Origin: Lama guanicoe
Lineage: Eukaryota
Direction: 5' to 3'
NCBI GenBank assembly: GCA_013239625.1
Contig: MU053559.1
Span: forward strand, 2,524,324 to 2,588,323
DNA length: 64,000 bases
Both the position numbers and the translations under genes were made by a program. Below the pieces are notes generated by a model. That model saw only the letters and a program-made list of their open reading frames with translations, searched no databases and was not told where the DNA came from. Shown in pieces: positions 36,351 through 47,455 of this stretch (the stretch's first letter is position 1; each line of letters begins with the position of its first letter).

Positions 36351-37381
36351 TGTTAAGGCAAAGAAAAAGGTCAAGTTTCATAAAAATCTCCCAATGTCCT
36401 TTCTCCCAGAGCAGGCTGGCAGAAGCATGCTGGAGCACCCCGTTGGTGCACCTGTGAGGAGGAAAAAACCTTGTTTAGAGATGTAACTGGAAAAGCCCAC
36501 TTCAGTTTCGGTTGCTACTGGTTCAAGCTAAATTTATAATGGATTAATAAAAATGTTCCCCAGACCTTCCCGCCCTCCCTCTCAAACATGGGATCATGCA
36601 TAATCACACACTGAGGAAGAAAGAAAGCATTTCTTAACACACACAAACGAGCAAGCATTTCAGCCCCTTTGAATCACCTCGCCGAAAAGAGATGGGGTGG
36701 AGGACTACAAAAATAGCTCTGAAGCTATTTCTATGAACATGGAAGTCATAACTCATGGTCACTGAATTTTGCAAACCCTGGATGTTCTGGATGCTCTCCG
36801 CAACGTTGCAACCCATGCTGGCCACTAATTCCTGCTCAGACCCCCTCTTAACATCTCAGCAGCCCTTCCTCATGCTAATATGCCACCAGGCCCCGGAGCT
36901 GCTGAGCTGGGCCCCCTTGATGAGTTCGGAGTATTATTCACTGACTGCTGGATTTGCTCAGCACCCGGGGCCAAGAGCTACGCGCTGCAGAGAGCAAGAA
37001 CACAGTGGTAAAGTTAAGAAAAAGATACAGGTCAGAGGTGTCAGGAAAATTGCTGAACCTTCCTGCTGCTCCAGAGTAACGGAGTTGGGTGAGGGGAGGT
37101 GGGGAAACAGCAAGGGAGGTTGGGATAGGAAAACAAGAGTTATAGAAACTAACTGAAACCCTGAAAATGGGACTTGGTTTCCACTTCTTTGTACGACTGC
37201 AAAGCAGGTCCAGTGTTACCATCCTATAAATCCTGCATTTCTGAGGGGGTCACATGGGTGTGTCCATCTTGGCCACTTGAGTCATAGATCTTCTCTATGA
37301 CAAAAAGCTCAATCCCCCTGAAACCGCTTCCTAGAGGCAAGATGAGGAGGATAAGAGGTGAGTGGCCTGTCGGGGGGAATG

Positions 37382-37900
37382 TGAGATAGGAGGGAAGGGG
37401 GCAGGACATAGCCATTAAAAGAATGACACAGCAATTAGCACCAAGATGGTGGAAGAGTCAACTCCCAGTTGACCTTGAGCTTCAATATACGCCCATTAAA
37501 ATACAATAGCATGTTAAATGGCACTCCCATGGGTGCCATGACAGTTCAAGGTTGACCATAAAATGTCAAAGGGTGAGTGATGGCCCAATTCCTGGGAATC
37601 CCAGCCCTTTTCCTAAAGTAGTTGGAATAATCCTCTCACTTGTTAGCATACAAAGTTACCAAGCCCATAAAAACCAACAACCTCACCCCTCATGGCTTTT
37701 CTCTTGCCTTTTGAGATGGCCTATACTCTGTCTATGGAGTGTGTATCTCTCAATAAATCTGCCTTCACTCTACTATGGCTTGCTCTTGAATTCTTTCTTG
37801 TGTGAAGCTAAGGACCCTTGCTGGGTGGGGCTCATCCCAGGGTCTCAACCGAGACCTGGGACACAGTCATCCTCTTGTAGCCCCCCATTTTCCTGTATCA
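37382..37900 (+). mobile_element. ERV1 solo LTR, MER41-like (second copy)
   Basis: TG...CA; colinear with 18441-19005; AATAAA at ~37752; flanks aatg/aagg. Confidence 0.8.
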
Positions 37901-37904
37901 AAGG

Positions 37905-38368
37905 GGACTTCCAGAAGAAATGAGATGATTTTAACCAAGAGAGTATGACAGAAGTGATACCATGTGACTTGCTAAGTCATAAAAGGCTGGGTAGGTTGTT
38001 TCATTCTCATGGAACACTTACCTCCAAGTGCTCCTTCTTGTAACCCAGTTGCCAGGCTGTGAGAAGTTCAAGCCACATGGAGAAGCCATATGGAGGTGCT
38101 CTGGGGAGCAGTCCCATCCTTCAGCTATCCCAGCCCAGGAGTCAGACACATGAGTGAAGAAAATTCTAGATAATTCCAGCCCCCTGCCCTTCAAATCACC
38201 CCAGCCTTCCACATCTTCCCAGCTGAGACCCCAGATATCATGGAGCAGAGATGAACTGTCTCCACTGTGCCCTGATTGAATTCCTGACCCACAAAATTTG
38301 TGAGCATAATAAAATTGTTCTTGCCTTATGCCACTAAGTTTGGGATGGTTTAAACAGAATAGATAAGT
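37905..38368 (+). mobile_element. MaLR LTR (MLT1H-like)
   Basis: gctgtgagaagttcaagccacatggagaagcc...aattcctgacccacaaaatttgtgagcataataaaattg...gccactaagtttgggatggtt. Confidence 0.8.
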
Positions 38369-38371
38369 GCT

Positions 38372-38500
38372 ATATTGGTAGATCCATTTTATAGATGAAA
38401 AAACTAAGGCATGGAAAGTTTAAGTGACTTTCCCAAGTCAAACAGCAGTTGTGATCCAAAACCTAATGAGAGTCTGTGTTCTTAACCTCTATGCTATAAT
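38372..38500 (-). mobile_element. MIR SINE
   Basis: ccattttatagatgaaaaaactaaggc...gtttaagtgactttcccaagtca. Confidence 0.75.
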
Positions 38501-38566
38501 GTAGAGAGATAACCAGCCTTCCCCCTTGGGTCCTCATCTATCTTTCTGTTACTATCCAATTTCATT

Positions 38567-39109
38567 TTTTTATTGAAGTATAGTCAGTTTACAATGTCAT
38601 GTAAATTTATGGTGTACAGCATAATAATTCAGTCATACATGAACATACATATATGCGTTTTCATATTCTTTTTCATTATAGGTTACTATAAGATATTGAA
38701 TATAGTTCCCTGTGCTATACAGTAGGACCTTGTTGTTAATCTATTTTATATATAATAGTTAGTATCTGGAAATCTCCAACTCCCAATTTATCCATGAGTT
38801 TGTTTTCTATGTCTGTGAGTCTGTTTCTGTTTTGTAATAAGTTCATTTGTGTCCTTTTTTTTAAGATTCCACATATGCGTGATATCATATGGTATTTTTC
38901 TTTCTCTCTCTGGCTTACTTCATCTCGTATGACAATCTCTAGGTTCATCCATCTTGCTGCAAATGGCATTGTTTATTCTTTTTTATGGCTGAGTAGTATT
39001 CCATTGTATAGATATATACCACATCTTCTTTATCCAGTCATCTGTCAATGGACATTTAGGTTGTTTCCCTGTCTTGGCTATTGTAAATAGTACCTCTATG
39101 AACATTGGG
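38567..39109 (-). mobile_element. Camelid-type L1 3' end
   Basis: Reverse L1 terminus; imperfect TSD ccaatttcatt (38556-38566) / ccaattacatt (39110-39120). Confidence 0.92.
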
Positions 39110-39889
39110 CCAATTACATTATTTTTCAACAGAGAATCCTCCTGACAAAGGCCTGATCCTGTTCTTGGCACCATCGCCAAAGCCCAAGGAGAAAAGAAGA
39201 GTCCCACCCAAATTCAGGCTTCCGAGCTGGAAAGAGGAGTATTTCCAGGTCCTAACACCCACGCCCCTCATCAACGGAACAGCAAAACTCCTTCCCTCCC
39301 ACTCCCACCACCTCCTGCTCCTAGAGGCTGACTCCATAAGGAAGGCCTTAGGGCCAGAGGCAAGGCCTTCAGTCTAGCACACTGGGTAGGAGGGATCTGT
39401 TGCCCTCCCATGTCCACTGTGCACTTCCCTGCACACCAGGTCTCTAGCCTCCTCCTGCCAAGCACTGAGGAACAGGCCACTTCTATGATGGACTCTCCTG
39501 CCCTCCTCTGGCATCCTAGACTTCCCACTGATGACTCCATGGGTGACCAGAAACCTATGTTACTTAGGGCTCTCTGTCCCCTGGAGGTCACATGTCCACA
39601 ATAAGAAATTTTTCCAGGAAGGAGAGGGACTCAAAGGAGCTGGAGTGGGAAGTGGAAGGAGCTTGAAACCTAGGAGGAGAGAGAGTGAGTAAGGGAGGAC
39701 TTCCTGTTTGCCCCAGGCTTAAAATGATTTGGGGTTCCTCTTTAAGAAAAAAGTTACAAACACAAAATTAGTTTGGAAAGTGGATAGTTATTTAGAATGA
39801 GGAAGAAGTCACAGTGAAGTACAAAATTTAAAAGGTTAGTAAGTCCCACAATATCAATGCCATAAAATAAAATTTAAAAAACCATAAAA

Positions 39890-42520
39890 TTTTTATTGAA
39901 TATATTTTATGTGTAACATTGTATAAGTTTAAGGTGTACAGCATGTTACTTTGATGTGTTTATATATTGTGATAGTATTGCTGATGTACTGATAATAATC
40001 AGATTACATAGTTATAGTACAAGGCTTGTCTACTACTAGTTGCAAGTGTATACTCTTAAACACCATCAGTTTTACCCCCTCATCCCCTGGTAGTCACCAT
40101 TTTACCCTCTGTGTTTTACAGGTTTAACTTTTTTAGGTTCCACATATAAGTCAGATCATACAGTATTTATGTTTCTCTCTATATATCACCCTTAGCATAA
40201 TGTGCCCAAGTCCATTCATGTTCCTTTCTCATGGCTGAATAACACTTCATTGTGTATATATGTACCATATCTTTTCTAGCCATTCATCCATTTATGGGCA
40301 TTTGGGTTGTTTCAATATCTTGACTATTATGAATAATACTTTGATAAACATGGGAATGCATGCAACTTGTTGAAATCCTGTTTTCATTTTCTTTGGGTAT
40401 ATACCCAAAATATGGAATCGCTGGATCATGAGGTAGATCTAATTTTTAATTTTTTGAGAAACCTCCATATTGTTTTCCATAGTGGATGGACCAACTTACA
40501 TTCCCACCAGTGATGTGTAAGTGTTCCCTTTTCACCACATCCTCGTCAGCACCTATTGTCTCTTGTCTTCTTGGTGATAACCATTCTAACAGCTATGAGA
40601 TGATATCTCATTATGGTTTTTATTTGCATTTCCCTGATGAATAGTGATGTTATGCAACTTTTCATGTATCTGTCGGCCATTTTCATCTCCTCTTTAGAGA
40701 AATATCTATCTAGTTCCTCTGCCCATTTCTTAAATGGATTGTTTGCTTTTTGGTACTGAGTTGACTGAGTTCTTCATATATTTTGGATATTAACCCTTTA
40801 TCTGATATATGATTTGCAAAAATTTTTTCCCATTCTATAGGTTGTCTTCATTTTGTTAATTTTTTCTTTTGCTTTGCAGAAGATTTTGAGTTTGGTATAG
40901 TCTCATGCATTGATCTTTTCTTTTGTTGTTTGTGCTTTTTGCATCATGCCCCCCAAATTATCATCAAGACCAATATCAGTGAGCTTCTTCGCTGTGTTTT
41001 CTTCTCGGAGCTGTATGGTATCAAGTCTTAAGTCTTGGATCCATTTTGAGTCAATTTTTGTGAGTGATGTGAGGGAAGGATCTAATGTTATTGCTCTGTT
41101 TCTCCAGTTTTTCCAGCACCATTTGTTGAAGAAACTGTCATTTCCCCATTGAGTACTCTTGGCTCCCTTATCTAATATTAATTGACTGTATATGCCAAGG
41201 TTTAATTCTGGGCTGTCTATTTTGTTCCATTGGCCTGTGTGTCTATTTTCATGCGAGTATCATGCTGTCTTTATTATGTTTACTGTGCTTTGTAGTATAG
41301 TTTGAAATCCAGATGATTTGGAGCAATTCTCAGCTATTATTTCTTTAAATCCACTCTCTGCTCCCTTCTCCCTCTCTCCTTTTTCTGGGATACCCATTAT
41401 TCTTATGTTTTCTAGTGGAGTCAGATAGTTCTTGTAGACTTTCTTCCTTTTTTAAAATCTTTGTTACTGTTCTCTTCCACCTGAATCATTTATTTCTATA
41501 TTTCTATCCTCAGATTCACTAAATCTCTCTTTTACGTGGTCTTCTCTATTTTCAATGCATTTTAATACATTCTTCATCTCATTTGTTGAGTTTTTTAGCT
41601 CTAGAATTTCTTTTTGGTGATTTTTGGTGTCTTTGGGTTCAGCTGCTAGAACATTATCAGTTTCTTTTTGTGATACAATATTACCACGGTTTTTCATGGC
41701 GCTTGATGAGAAGTGCCTTGGTTGCCACATTTGAAGCAGCAAACACATTTCTTACTTAGGCAAGGCTTGGTTTACTTTGATTCTAATAGTTCAACAGGTT
41801 GGTAGTTAGGAATCTTCCTTTTGTTATCCAGAAGGTGGCATTATAGCACAAGTTTTTAGTTTCTCTTACCAGAGCTAACTTGCTGCTAAGGTTGGGAGCT
41901 CACACATTCTTTAAAAAAAAAAAAAGGGAAGTGTGGTGGCAGAATGGGGGGAGATGCTTACTTAGCACTTGGGGCTTCGGGTGTACCCATGGCCCAGTAG
42001 GGGAATCCTCAATTTGGGGGATCCCAGAGATCCATGAGCCGTCCTCTTGCCTCCCAGGGCAGACAATAGGAGGCACTTTCCTTCAGTTCTCTTTGTCTGC
42101 CTACTTCCCTTTCCTTTCCCTGCCCCCAGTCACTATGGTCTTTCTTCAGAGAGAGCAACGGATTCCTCCAGGTGCAGCATGTGTAGCCGGGCAGACTCCC
42201 TCTCACCACCTTCACCCTGCACCTCCTCTGCCAGAAAGGTTGCGCTGGCTCACTGCCAGATCAGCCGCCGACTTCTCCGTTGTCACCACCTCTGTCACTG
42301 CCAGCTCTGCCACCACTTCCCTCACTCAGTCACCTCTTCCACAGTCCAGTCCACCCACTTTTTTGGTGCACAGATGGACAGATGTCTCAGGTATCCCGGT
42401 ATGCTTTGCAGAGACACAATTTATTTTTCGGTATGGATGTCTGATTAGTTGTAAACCAAAGGGGAGAGATAAAAGGGGTGACTCTTCATGATTACCATGA
42501 TGCTGACATCATTCCCATGA
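39890..42520 (-). mobile_element. L1 with 5' region + ORF1 remnant joined to ORF2 C-terminus/3'UTR
   Basis: ORF 41464-41748 (KEILELKNSTNEMKN..EDRNIEI) and IRIMGIPE..FKEIIAEN are ORF1p-like; 39890-41310 is reverse ORF2 end and 3'UTR. Confidence 0.85.
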
Positions 42521-42603
42521 CATATTTACGTATTAATTAATCACTTGACATACCTCCACACTATTTGCTTGCTTTTTTTTTATTTTTTTTTTGGCTGCGT
42601 ACC

Positions 42604-43075
42604 TGTATTAGTTGTGTACTACTGCCAAACAACTCTAAAAACTTAGTGGCTTAGCTGTTGAAAACAACAATGATTTATTTCTCACTATTTATCATTTCTC
42701 ACAATTCTGTGGTTTGAGTGAGTGGGTGTCCTGTGGGTCTCATCTGAGCTGACTCATGCAATTGTAATCAGATGGTGGCTAGAAAGGCTGGATGGTCCAA
42801 GATGACCTCACCCACATGTCTGTGGCCTTGATGCTGGCTGTCAGCTGAGCTTCTTTCTACACAGAGTTTCTTATCACCTAGCCTGGTCTTCCTTACCTTG
42901 TGACAGGAGCATCCTCAGAGGGTGCAAATAGAAGCTGGGAGGCAGAAAGTACAGTGTCACTTCTACTGCAACATATTGGTGAAAACAAGTCACAAGGACA
43001 GTGCAAATTCAAGGATCATGGAAATGGATTCCACCTCATGACAGAGAAGCTACAAAGTAACTTTGCTAAGAGACG
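42604..43075 (-). mobile_element. MaLR LTR (MLT1-type)
   Basis: tgtattagtt...aaaacttagtggctta...tctcacaattctgtgg...gatggtccaagatgacctcacccacatgtctg. Confidence 0.8.
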
Positions 43076-43815
43076 TGAAAAAAAATTTTTTGATTAAAAA
43101 AATTAAAAATTAATTTTAGAGTCAGCTTATCAAAATCTGCCAAGAACCTGATGAAATTTTGAATGACAGTGTGTTGAATTTTCCAATAAATTCAAAGAAA
43201 ATTTTAAAATTTTTAATTGCTTCTTCAGACAATGATTTTGTAATGTAATTTCCAATAGAAAGAATGAAAAGATAATTGTTTTCCTTCTAGCCCAAGTGAT
43301 CAAAATTTATTTTTTATAATTGGTAGCTTAGAAATGTTTCTTTCAGCTTTACAATTCATGTACTATGTAAATTTTTAGGATAGTCATCAAATTTGGGGAA
43401 ACCTCTATCAAGTTACTTTCAGGGCATTTCAAGTTTTCTTGTTCAGTTGTTGAATCTTTCATCTTTAATATTCTTTGAATTAACAACACCCATTATCCAG
43501 TGTGTCCTCACCATCCTGTTGTGTGTTGTATCAGGAACTGTGCAGTCTCTTTAGGGATGTCAGTATTTCCTGTCACGTCAACAAGACATTTAAATCGTTT
43601 CTCCATGTGTTTTTATAACTCCTCCCTCTTCATTAACTGGATTATCAATAATCCAGGAGCTGATTCATTGCTTTTATCTCTGCCTCTTAAAGAGAGGCCC
43701 TGCCTTTTCCTGTCACAACACCTGGTCAGTCGGGATTGTGGGTAGCAGGATTACTCCTAGAGGCCATTTTTACACTGAGATAGCTGGAAATAATTACATT
43801 CAAAAGTGACAGTGC

Positions 43816-44554
43816 TGTATTTGACTTGAGCCCTGCGCTCCTGGAAAACAGTGATGGTTAATAAGTCTCACTACCCTTTTATGTTCTGAGAAATGACTTA
43901 CCACAAAGAACCCCCTGACCCCATAGGACTTATATAAGAATCATGGATGCTCCTCGTTTGCCTATGACAAGGCCAGACACAGACTCTCCAAATTCCCGTT
44001 CTTTGCCTCCTAAATGATTAGCTGAACTGCTTGTCCCCACTGATCAATGAAAACAAAATGCTTGCTAACCAAACTTTGGCTAAGCTTCTCTCCTTCCTCC
44101 AAACTTCTGAACTTTGGCCCACCTTCAATCTGAGCCAGCATGCAAGAGAGCAGGCTAGCCTCCAGGTAGAATAGTCTCAGACACGTTATGTGGTCCAATC
44201 ACCTTTTCATCCCTCTTCCCCATCCCCAGTTCTTTCTAGCCTTGTTGACTGCTCTCTATAAAAGAAACCCTTTTTTGCCCAGCCCTTGAGAAGCCTTCAT
44301 ATCTAGAGTCAGAGTCTTCTTCCTCTTGTAATATCCCCTTTGTCCCACTGGCAGAAATCCTTTTGAGTAAAATTTGACCTTACCAAGTCTGGATCTTTTT
44401 TGAGGGGGAGAATAATTAAGTTTGTTTGTTTGTTTGTTTATTATGATTATTTTTAATTTAATGGAGGTACTGGAGATCAAACCCATGACCTTGTGCATGT
44501 TATGCATACGCTCTACCACTGAGCTATACCCTCCTGCCAGATTTTTTTTTGACA
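43816..44554 (+). mobile_element. ERV1 solo LTR (MER67-like) with a SINE in its 3' end
   Basis: ttgagccctgcgctcctggaaaacag...cctatgacaaggccagacacagac...aaatgattagctgaactgcttgtccccactgatcaat; TATAAAA at 44257; ends tttgaca. Confidence 0.8.
44400..44536 (-). mobile_element. tRNA-derived camelid SINE
   Basis: ggaggtactggagatcaaacccatgacc...ctctaccactgagctataccctcc. Confidence 0.9.
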
Positions 44555-44649
44555 AAAATGAGTGAGAAACACCCAACTATAACCCACTCTACCTAAATTA
44601 AATATGCCCCTAATTCAACTTCCCTTTGCTGAATTCCTCATGTGACCTG

Positions 44650-45106
44650 TGACAAAGATTCTTTCCTTGACCAAACTTTTACTCAGGTTCCTCTGAACTT
44701 TTCAACTAGGTCTTGACTTTCGGACTTCCATGTTGGCATGAATCCTGTTAACTCAGTTTACCCAGAATCCCCAGCCCTTGCTTGATACCTGATCACCTTC
44801 AATATCTGATCAGGTTCCTTATCTCTCCAGGTGATGTCTGATCGTGTGGGCCTACCTTTGGCAAGAATCCTGATAGATTGGATGAACCAGAATCTCCCCT
44901 TCCCCCTTGATGTTTCTTCTTAGTAATTTTTTTATCTACCAACTCCCTCCCTGCTCCTTGACTATAAATTCCCACTTGCCCATGCTGTATTCTGAATTGA
45001 GCCCATTTCTATGCTGAGGTCCCTTTTCTCCTATTGCAATAGTCTTGAATAACATCTGTTTTTATGGCTTTAACTACTTACTGTGAGCTGCGGTTTTTCT
45101 TTGACA
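44650..45106 (+). mobile_element. ERV1 solo LTR (MER31-like)
   Basis: tgacaaagattctttccttgaccaaactt...tttttctttgaca; perfect 4-bp TSD cctg at 44646-44649 and 45107-45110. Confidence 0.85.
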
Positions 45107-45825
45107 CCTGCTGCTTGCTACTCCAAAGTTCCTGGACGCAAGGGGACGTGGGACAGAGGAAAGTCAGAGTGGAAAGGGACAGCAATCAATAATTCCAAAT
45201 TTTAAAGCCTGCATTTAAGAAAACAAATCACATTACTTGGGAGCGGGTGGGGATCCAAGTGTTGTAAAGCCTAAAGCTCATACACTCGGAGGCCCTCTTT
45301 AAAAAATAGAACACAGTATTACAAATACAAAATTAGATCTGAGAGTAAATAGTAAATGTTTATTTAGAATTAGGAAATATATCCTACCAAATTGCACATT
45401 TGAAAACACATGCCGTATAGATTTTAAAGCATATAATACAAATATCACAAACCCTCCCCCCAAAATAGACAAATTGTATTCATTAACAACATGATCCACT
45501 TCCAAAGCAGATTTATGGTTGTATTTGCTGTCTCATTAAGTACTTCCCAACAGGAAAAAACTTCTGGCTTGACTAGGCATCACTGAGAACCAAATCCTCC
45601 ACTCAGAATTTTACACATCTGACTAGCTTCTAGAAGCTGTGCCAAATTGCAAACCTTGTTTTTCCTCACTACCATTAAAGGAGAATTCTCCAGAAAAATA
45701 TAAAGTCATAACTCACACTGATATAAAAACGGAGACCTGTTCAAGAGTTTACTTAACTCAATCAAGAAGGACCCAAGCAGATATTATAGCAGAGTCAAAG
45801 ATGAGGTTGGAAAAGCATGAATTTA

Positions 45826-45884
45826 CTGACATGAATATGCAAATGAGAGGCAGAGCTGACATGAATATGCAAATGAGAGGCAGA
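45826..45884 (+). repeat. Exact 30-bp tandem duplication carrying two octamer motifs
   Basis: ctgacatgaatatgcaaatgagaggcaga(g) x2; ATGCAAAT at 45837-45844 and 45867-45874. Confidence 0.95.
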
Positions 45885-46728
45885 ACTGGCTTTACCACAG
45901 TGGGGGAGGGAAATCAGTTGGCCTTCTCCAGGACAGAACGGAATTTACATGTCTATGGCCAGGAATTATTTTGTATTGCTGTTACTGTATTTACAACTTA
46001 TGGAGTTATAAAATGGCTCCCATAGAATTAGAATCCAATAATCTGGAGGGGTGTCCTTTAGATGATGCATAGTTTTCCACTGAGGCACTTTTTTTATTAC
46101 AGTCTCCCCACTTGTCATCAAAAGTAATCTCAAAGAAAGATAATGAATGATCATAATAAAATAAGGTTGGTCTCACTAGGTTTGGTCTGATGACTTACAT
46201 AGATCCAGCAAGAGGGTTAACTCACCACATACTAGGTCTTCTTTATTGACTGGAAATTTTCATAAGAAATCTTAGATTTGCATTATTTTTTTGTCTTTTT
46301 TTGGATTTTTAAAATTTTTAATTTTTTTAGTTTTTTTTAAAAAAAAACCCATTTATTATTTGCTGTGCTATAGTCAGGAAGTCACACCAAGAAATTCTTG
46401 TCACCAGGTTTCATCTGCAATACCTATAAATTTGAGCAAGTATCTTTTTTCTTGATGTCCCTCAACTCATCCTAACTTTCTGGGGACTGCCAAAAAGTGA
46501 CCTTCCTCACCACCTCTAAGGTTCGGACCACATGGGCCAGGTACCAGGCCAGTTTTCCCCAGAGGGCTTTATCAGCACTGGCTCCGTAAAGCCAACCTAG
46601 CTCCTTATAATGGGTGGGTCATACCTGGTTAAATGAGCATCATTCTCAAATATGACATTTCAAAGAAGGCCTTGGTTGCATAACCAACTTTTTTCCAAAT
46701 ATATTCTGGTTTAAAAAAAAGAGGACAT

Positions 46729-46873
46729 GGGGGAGGGTGTAGCTCAAGTGGTAGAGCGTATGCTTAGCATGCACGAGGTCCTGGGTTCATTCCCCAGTAC
46801 TCCCTCCAAACATAAATCAACCTAATTACCTCCCCATCAAAATAATGACAATAAAGAAAAAAAATTTTTAAAT
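46729..46873 (+). mobile_element. tRNA-derived camelid SINE
   Basis: tRNA head; TSD aaaaaagagga at 46715-46725 and 46874-46884. Confidence 0.93.
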
Positions 46874-47106
46874 AAAAAAGAGGATAGATTCTTATCGTAC
46901 CTATGAGAATAACGATATTGCCATAAAAATGAAGAAGCCTCAGTAAGAGTTTCTGAACTCTGAAGGAAGTCAAGCAGAGAGGATAAAATATCTTTTACAA
47001 ATGTTTCATTTCAGTTTACAAAAGCAGAATCTGCCAAATCATTATGGGTTACAGATATCTTAAGAAGAAAGAGAAAAGGCTTCCTTGTAAATAGAAAATA
47101 AATCAT

Positions 47107-47455
47107 TGTCTTAGTCATTTAGGCTGTTATAACAAAATATCATAGATTGAGGGGCTTATAAACAACAGAAATTTCTTTCTCACAGTTCTGGAGGCTGGGA
47201 AGTCCAAGATCAAGGCACCAGTAGATTTGGAGTCTGATGAGGGCCTACTTGCTCATAAATGACCTTCTTCTCAGTGTTTCTTCACATGGAGGAAGGGGCA
47301 AGCTAGCTGTCTGGGGTCTCTTATTAAGGCACTGATTCCATCACTAAGGGCCCCACCCTCATGACCTAATCACCTCCCAAAGACCCCGCCTCTTATACCA
47401 TCACATTGAGGGTTAAACTTCAACATGTGAATTTGGGGGGACACAGAGTACAGCA
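47107..47455 (-). mobile_element. MaLR LTR (MLT1A0-like)
   Basis: tgtcttagtcatttaggctgttataacaaaatatcataga...cacagttctggaggctgggaagtccaagatcaagg...gaatttggggggacaca. Confidence 0.92.

Larger units (their letters stand above)
39710..45232 (+). mobile_element. MER115/Zaphod-like hAT-Tip100 element, copy 1 (fragments ~39710-39890, 42525-42603, 43220-43815, 44560-44649, 45107-45232)
   Basis: cctctttaagaaaaaagttacaaacacaaaattag...ttatttagaatgag; ttttggctgcgtac; catcaaatttggggaaacctctatcaag; gcaaggggacgtgggacagaggaaagtcagagtggaaaggg. Confidence 0.65.

Noticed and set aside
41880..42491. 203-aa plus-strand ORF
   Set aside because: Antisense to the GC-richer 5' region of an L1, non-ATG start, low-complexity S/T/P content, no recognisable homology.
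45639..46025. ORF with repeated DMNMQMRGR peptide
   Set aside because: The repeat only reflects the 30-bp DNA duplication inside repeat-derived sequence.
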